Origin: Neophaeotheca triangularis
Lineage: Eukaryota
Reading direction: 5' to 3'
Assembly (NCBI GenBank): GCA_054600435.1
Contig: BAAIJX010000045.1
Coordinates: forward strand, 124,001 to 187,208
DNA: 63,208 bases
Part shown: piece by piece, positions 60,731 to 63,208 of the stretch
Layout of the letters: each line of letters begins with the position of its first letter
Position numbering within the stretch: the stretch's first letter is position 1
The notes under the pieces: model-generated
The model's database searches: none
The model's input: the letters and a program-made list of their open reading frames with translations, nothing else
What the model was told of the DNA's origin: nothing
Made by a program: the position numbers and the translations under genes

Positions 60731-62285
60731 TACTAACTACTACGAACTTTTGTAGTTCCTTACTATCCTTTCTATTCGCATCCTTACGCGTTAGAGCTAG
60801 AATAACTAAAAAGTAGATACTATAGTAGTCGCCTTCGTCGACGATATATTTTTATATTTCGTAATACCTCTTTTTACTAGTCTTTAGCGTCTAGACGGGG
60901 CATAGACACCTTTAGGGCCTTCTTTAGGCGTAAAGTTACATCTATAAGTACTACTAGTAATATTAGAAGTAAATTTAGAAGTAAAGGTAGAAGTAAAGAT
61001 AGAAGTAAGGGTAGAAGACTAGAAGTAAAGGTAGAAGTAAAGGTAGAAGTAAAGGTAGAGGATAAGAAGTAAATCTAGAAGTAAAGGTAGAAGTAAAGGT
61101 AGAGGATAAGAAGTAAAGTTAGAAGTAAGGGTAGAAGTAAGGGTAGAAGACTAGAAGTAAAGTTAGAAGTAAAGGTAGAAGTAAAGGTAGAGGATAAGAA
61201 GTAAAGTTAGAAGTAAGGGTAGAAGTAAGGGTAGAAGACTAGAAGTAAAGTTAGAAGTAAAGGTAGAAGTAAAGGTAGAGGATAAGAAGTAAAGTTAGAA
61301 GTAAAGTTAGAAGTAAAGGTAGAAGACTAGAAGTAAAGTTAGAAGTAAAGGTAGAGGATAAGAAGTAAAGTTAGAAGTGAAGTTAGAAGTAAAGGTAGCT
61401 AGCGTATCTTTTCCTCCTCCTAATCTCGGATCTTCAAAAGGTGTACAACGAGATGGCCGAGCTAGTCAACCTTAAATACAGTATTGCTGTCTTAACGAAT
61501 AGTAAAGTCGGGCGAGGTAGCAGCCTAATTGAATAGGGTGTAGGCATCCTTCATCGCAAAAGCCAGTTTATCGTTTGCCTTAAGGGCAAGGAGTTCGGAT
61601 TAGGCGCTACGCTCCTTGACTTGTATCAGCTTGTCGACAAGACTTCCGAGCTAGCGGATCCTGTAAGTCTTTGCGGTGACGGTGCCGAGGTTCAAGTCGA
61701 AGAAGAGTCGGATTTTGGCATGGTCGAATAGGTTGTAGGCATCGCGGACTACTACAGAGAGGTCGTCGTTAGCCGCCCGTGTTTCGTTTCTGATGACCAT
61801 TAGCTTTGCTACAAGACCTCTAAGTTAACGAATTCTGGAGCTAGGTCTGGCATTCTGGTCTAGGGCAAAGGAAGTGGTCGCTTCCGTAAAGTCGAGAGAG
61901 CTATACGCGGATGTTACAGCAAGTTCGAGCTTCTTCACGCGGGCGAGTAGAGCGTCGGCGTCCGAGAATAGGTTTTCGTCGAGAAAGTGTTCGCATATAG
62001 TCGCAAGAAAAGTACGGCTCTGTTGTGGATTGTATTGGGCATTGTTAATGGTTTCACCTAACGCCTGTCGTAGGAGATTATCGTGTGCCGGGTCACATTT
62101 GTATGGGATCAGTATTGTCTAGTCTTGTAGGGATCACGGAATACACACCACGCCAAAACGGCAGAATGTGCGGCTTCTTGACCAGCCCTTCGAGTTATCC
62201 GTCTGCTGTTGAGGGTATCATGATCCAACCCCGCCTGGTGATTGGTGGCATACGCTCTTGCTCCAGCTCCTGCCGCAAGAGGCAT
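60720..62285 (-). pseudogene. RIP-inactivated orphan gene with three ~55-60 aa helical repeats
   Basis: A long protein-like frame at about 62100-61400 (CDPAHDNLLRQALGETINNAQY...) is interrupted only by TAA/TAG at positions readable as CAA/CAG. Coding-like sequence resumes at about 60950-60720. Strong TpA excess. Confidence 0.7.
60963..61398. repeat. Minisatellite of 12-nt AGAAGTAAAGGT-type units with an 88-nt higher-order period
   Basis: GAGGATA marker recurs at 61102, 61190 and 61278; 8-nt inserts AGAGGATA and AGAAGACT. Confidence 0.95.
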
Positions 62286-62523
62286 GTCGTCGAGAAATAG
62301 GAAATAGGTCGTCGAGAAATAGCAATGAGAGCTAGCAGGTTGGGCAAGAGGCGGCGGGGCGGCGGCGGCGGCGGCGGCGGGGCGGGGCGGCGGCGGCGGC
62401 GGCGGCGGGGCGGGGCGGGCGGTGGTGGTTGTGGTTGGAGAGTGGAAGAAGGAAGAAGGTAGGTATGAAACTGTTTAAGTAAACAGGACTGAACAGCGGG
62501 AAAGCTCGGACTATAACCAGGCG

Positions 62524-62770
62524 TCGATATCTATCCACACAACTGTATAGATATCGAACTCGTCATGGATATCGGTGTCGCAATGTCAATATCGTAGCGT
62601 CGATATCAAAGGTCGGCGGGATTAAACGTCAATATCGAAGCGTCGATGCCAAAGTCGGCGGGATTATGGCGGTATGAAACGAGCTTGGCTTATATCCCAC
62701 CTTCTTTCCCACTTCTTCCTCTTCTTCATCTTCTTCCTCTTCCTCTTCCTCTTCCTCTCCCTTCTCCTTG
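62524..62770. promoter_or_regulatory. Second cluster of six TCRATATYGA-like sites plus TATA-like element and CT tract (module B)
   Basis: Sites at 62524, 62548, 62566, 62586, 62600 and 62629, GTCGGCGGGATTA twice, and GCTTATATC at about 62688 followed by CT-rich repeats. Shares the 17-mer AAACGTCAATATCGAAG with module A. Confidence 0.65.
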
Positions 62771-63208
62771 TATTGACACCAACAGATATCCCCCCCTGCA
62801 TCAGAGTAGCTCCCATCATGGCGAGATCAAAGGCGAAACCATAATGAGCGCCTGCTCCTGAACACTTCTCATCCTCAGCTGACTCACTCTATCCTCCTTC
62901 GAGCCCAATCGTTTCCTCGGGCCAGACTCAGCTCCATCGTGGAGAAATCAATCGCCAAGCCAAACACCTTCAATCTGTCAAGGGAAAGACACCAGCGCCC
63001 CGTCATCATCGTCGTCGTCAAAAAAAAAAAAAAAAGGACAGCCATGGAAGGGGGCCTGTAAGCAGTATTCATATGCTGTAATCATAGCATAATAGCATAA
63101 ATGACTGTTTCCTGATAGATGCTAGCTGCCCATGCCAATAAGATAATCATGCTCGAAAAGACCAATAAGAAAATCAAAAAAGCCCCCAAAGATCAAAGCC
63201 CCCCCCCC

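Noticed and set aside
60963..61398. Telomeric repeat interpretation of the AGAAGTAAAGGT array
   Set aside because: It is not TTAGGG-like, it is internal, and it is flanked on both sides by coding-like sequence.
57985..62200. A-to-I editing or stop-codon read-through as the explanation for in-frame stops
   Set aside because: The stops include both TAA and TAG at Gln-compatible positions, together with general TpA excess and frame disruptions. RIP or decay explains them more simply.

Overview
Gene-dense chromosomal segment of a filamentous ascomycete. Short 50-75 nt GT-AG introns with CTAAC/CTGAC branch sites, the gene families and RIP-like decay point to Pezizomycotina, probably a Dothideomycete (inference). 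About 24 protein-coding genes are supported. Named ones are farA/CTF1-alpha, RKM5, a long-chain acyl-CoA synthetase, HRQ1, an RBR E3 ligase, AKR1, a DUF2415-like protein, mannitol-1-phosphate dehydrogenase, an ECM11-domain protein, creA, a class II aldolase and a GH53 galactanase. Three regions stand out. (1) At 24.4-25.4 kb is a ~1 kb array of ~37 palindromes, TTTRCTC-NN-GAGYAAA, with conserved arms, a free 2-nt centre and ACAATTT spacers. (2) At 32.4-41.8 kb is a putative sugar-utilisation cluster: a Gal4-type regulator with a UASG-like site in its own promoter, a sugar porter, a stand-alone DhaK domain lacking DhaL, and an L-rhamnose mutarotase. (3) At 54.6-63.2 kb is an accessory island with an intronless divergent SNF2 ATPase and RIP/nonsense-decayed orphan genes. 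These are arranged around two copies of an apparent bidirectional promoter, each with six quasi-palindromic TCRATATYGA sites. No tRNA, rRNA, CRISPR or recognisable transposase was seen. All family calls come from motif recognition by eye, not database searches.
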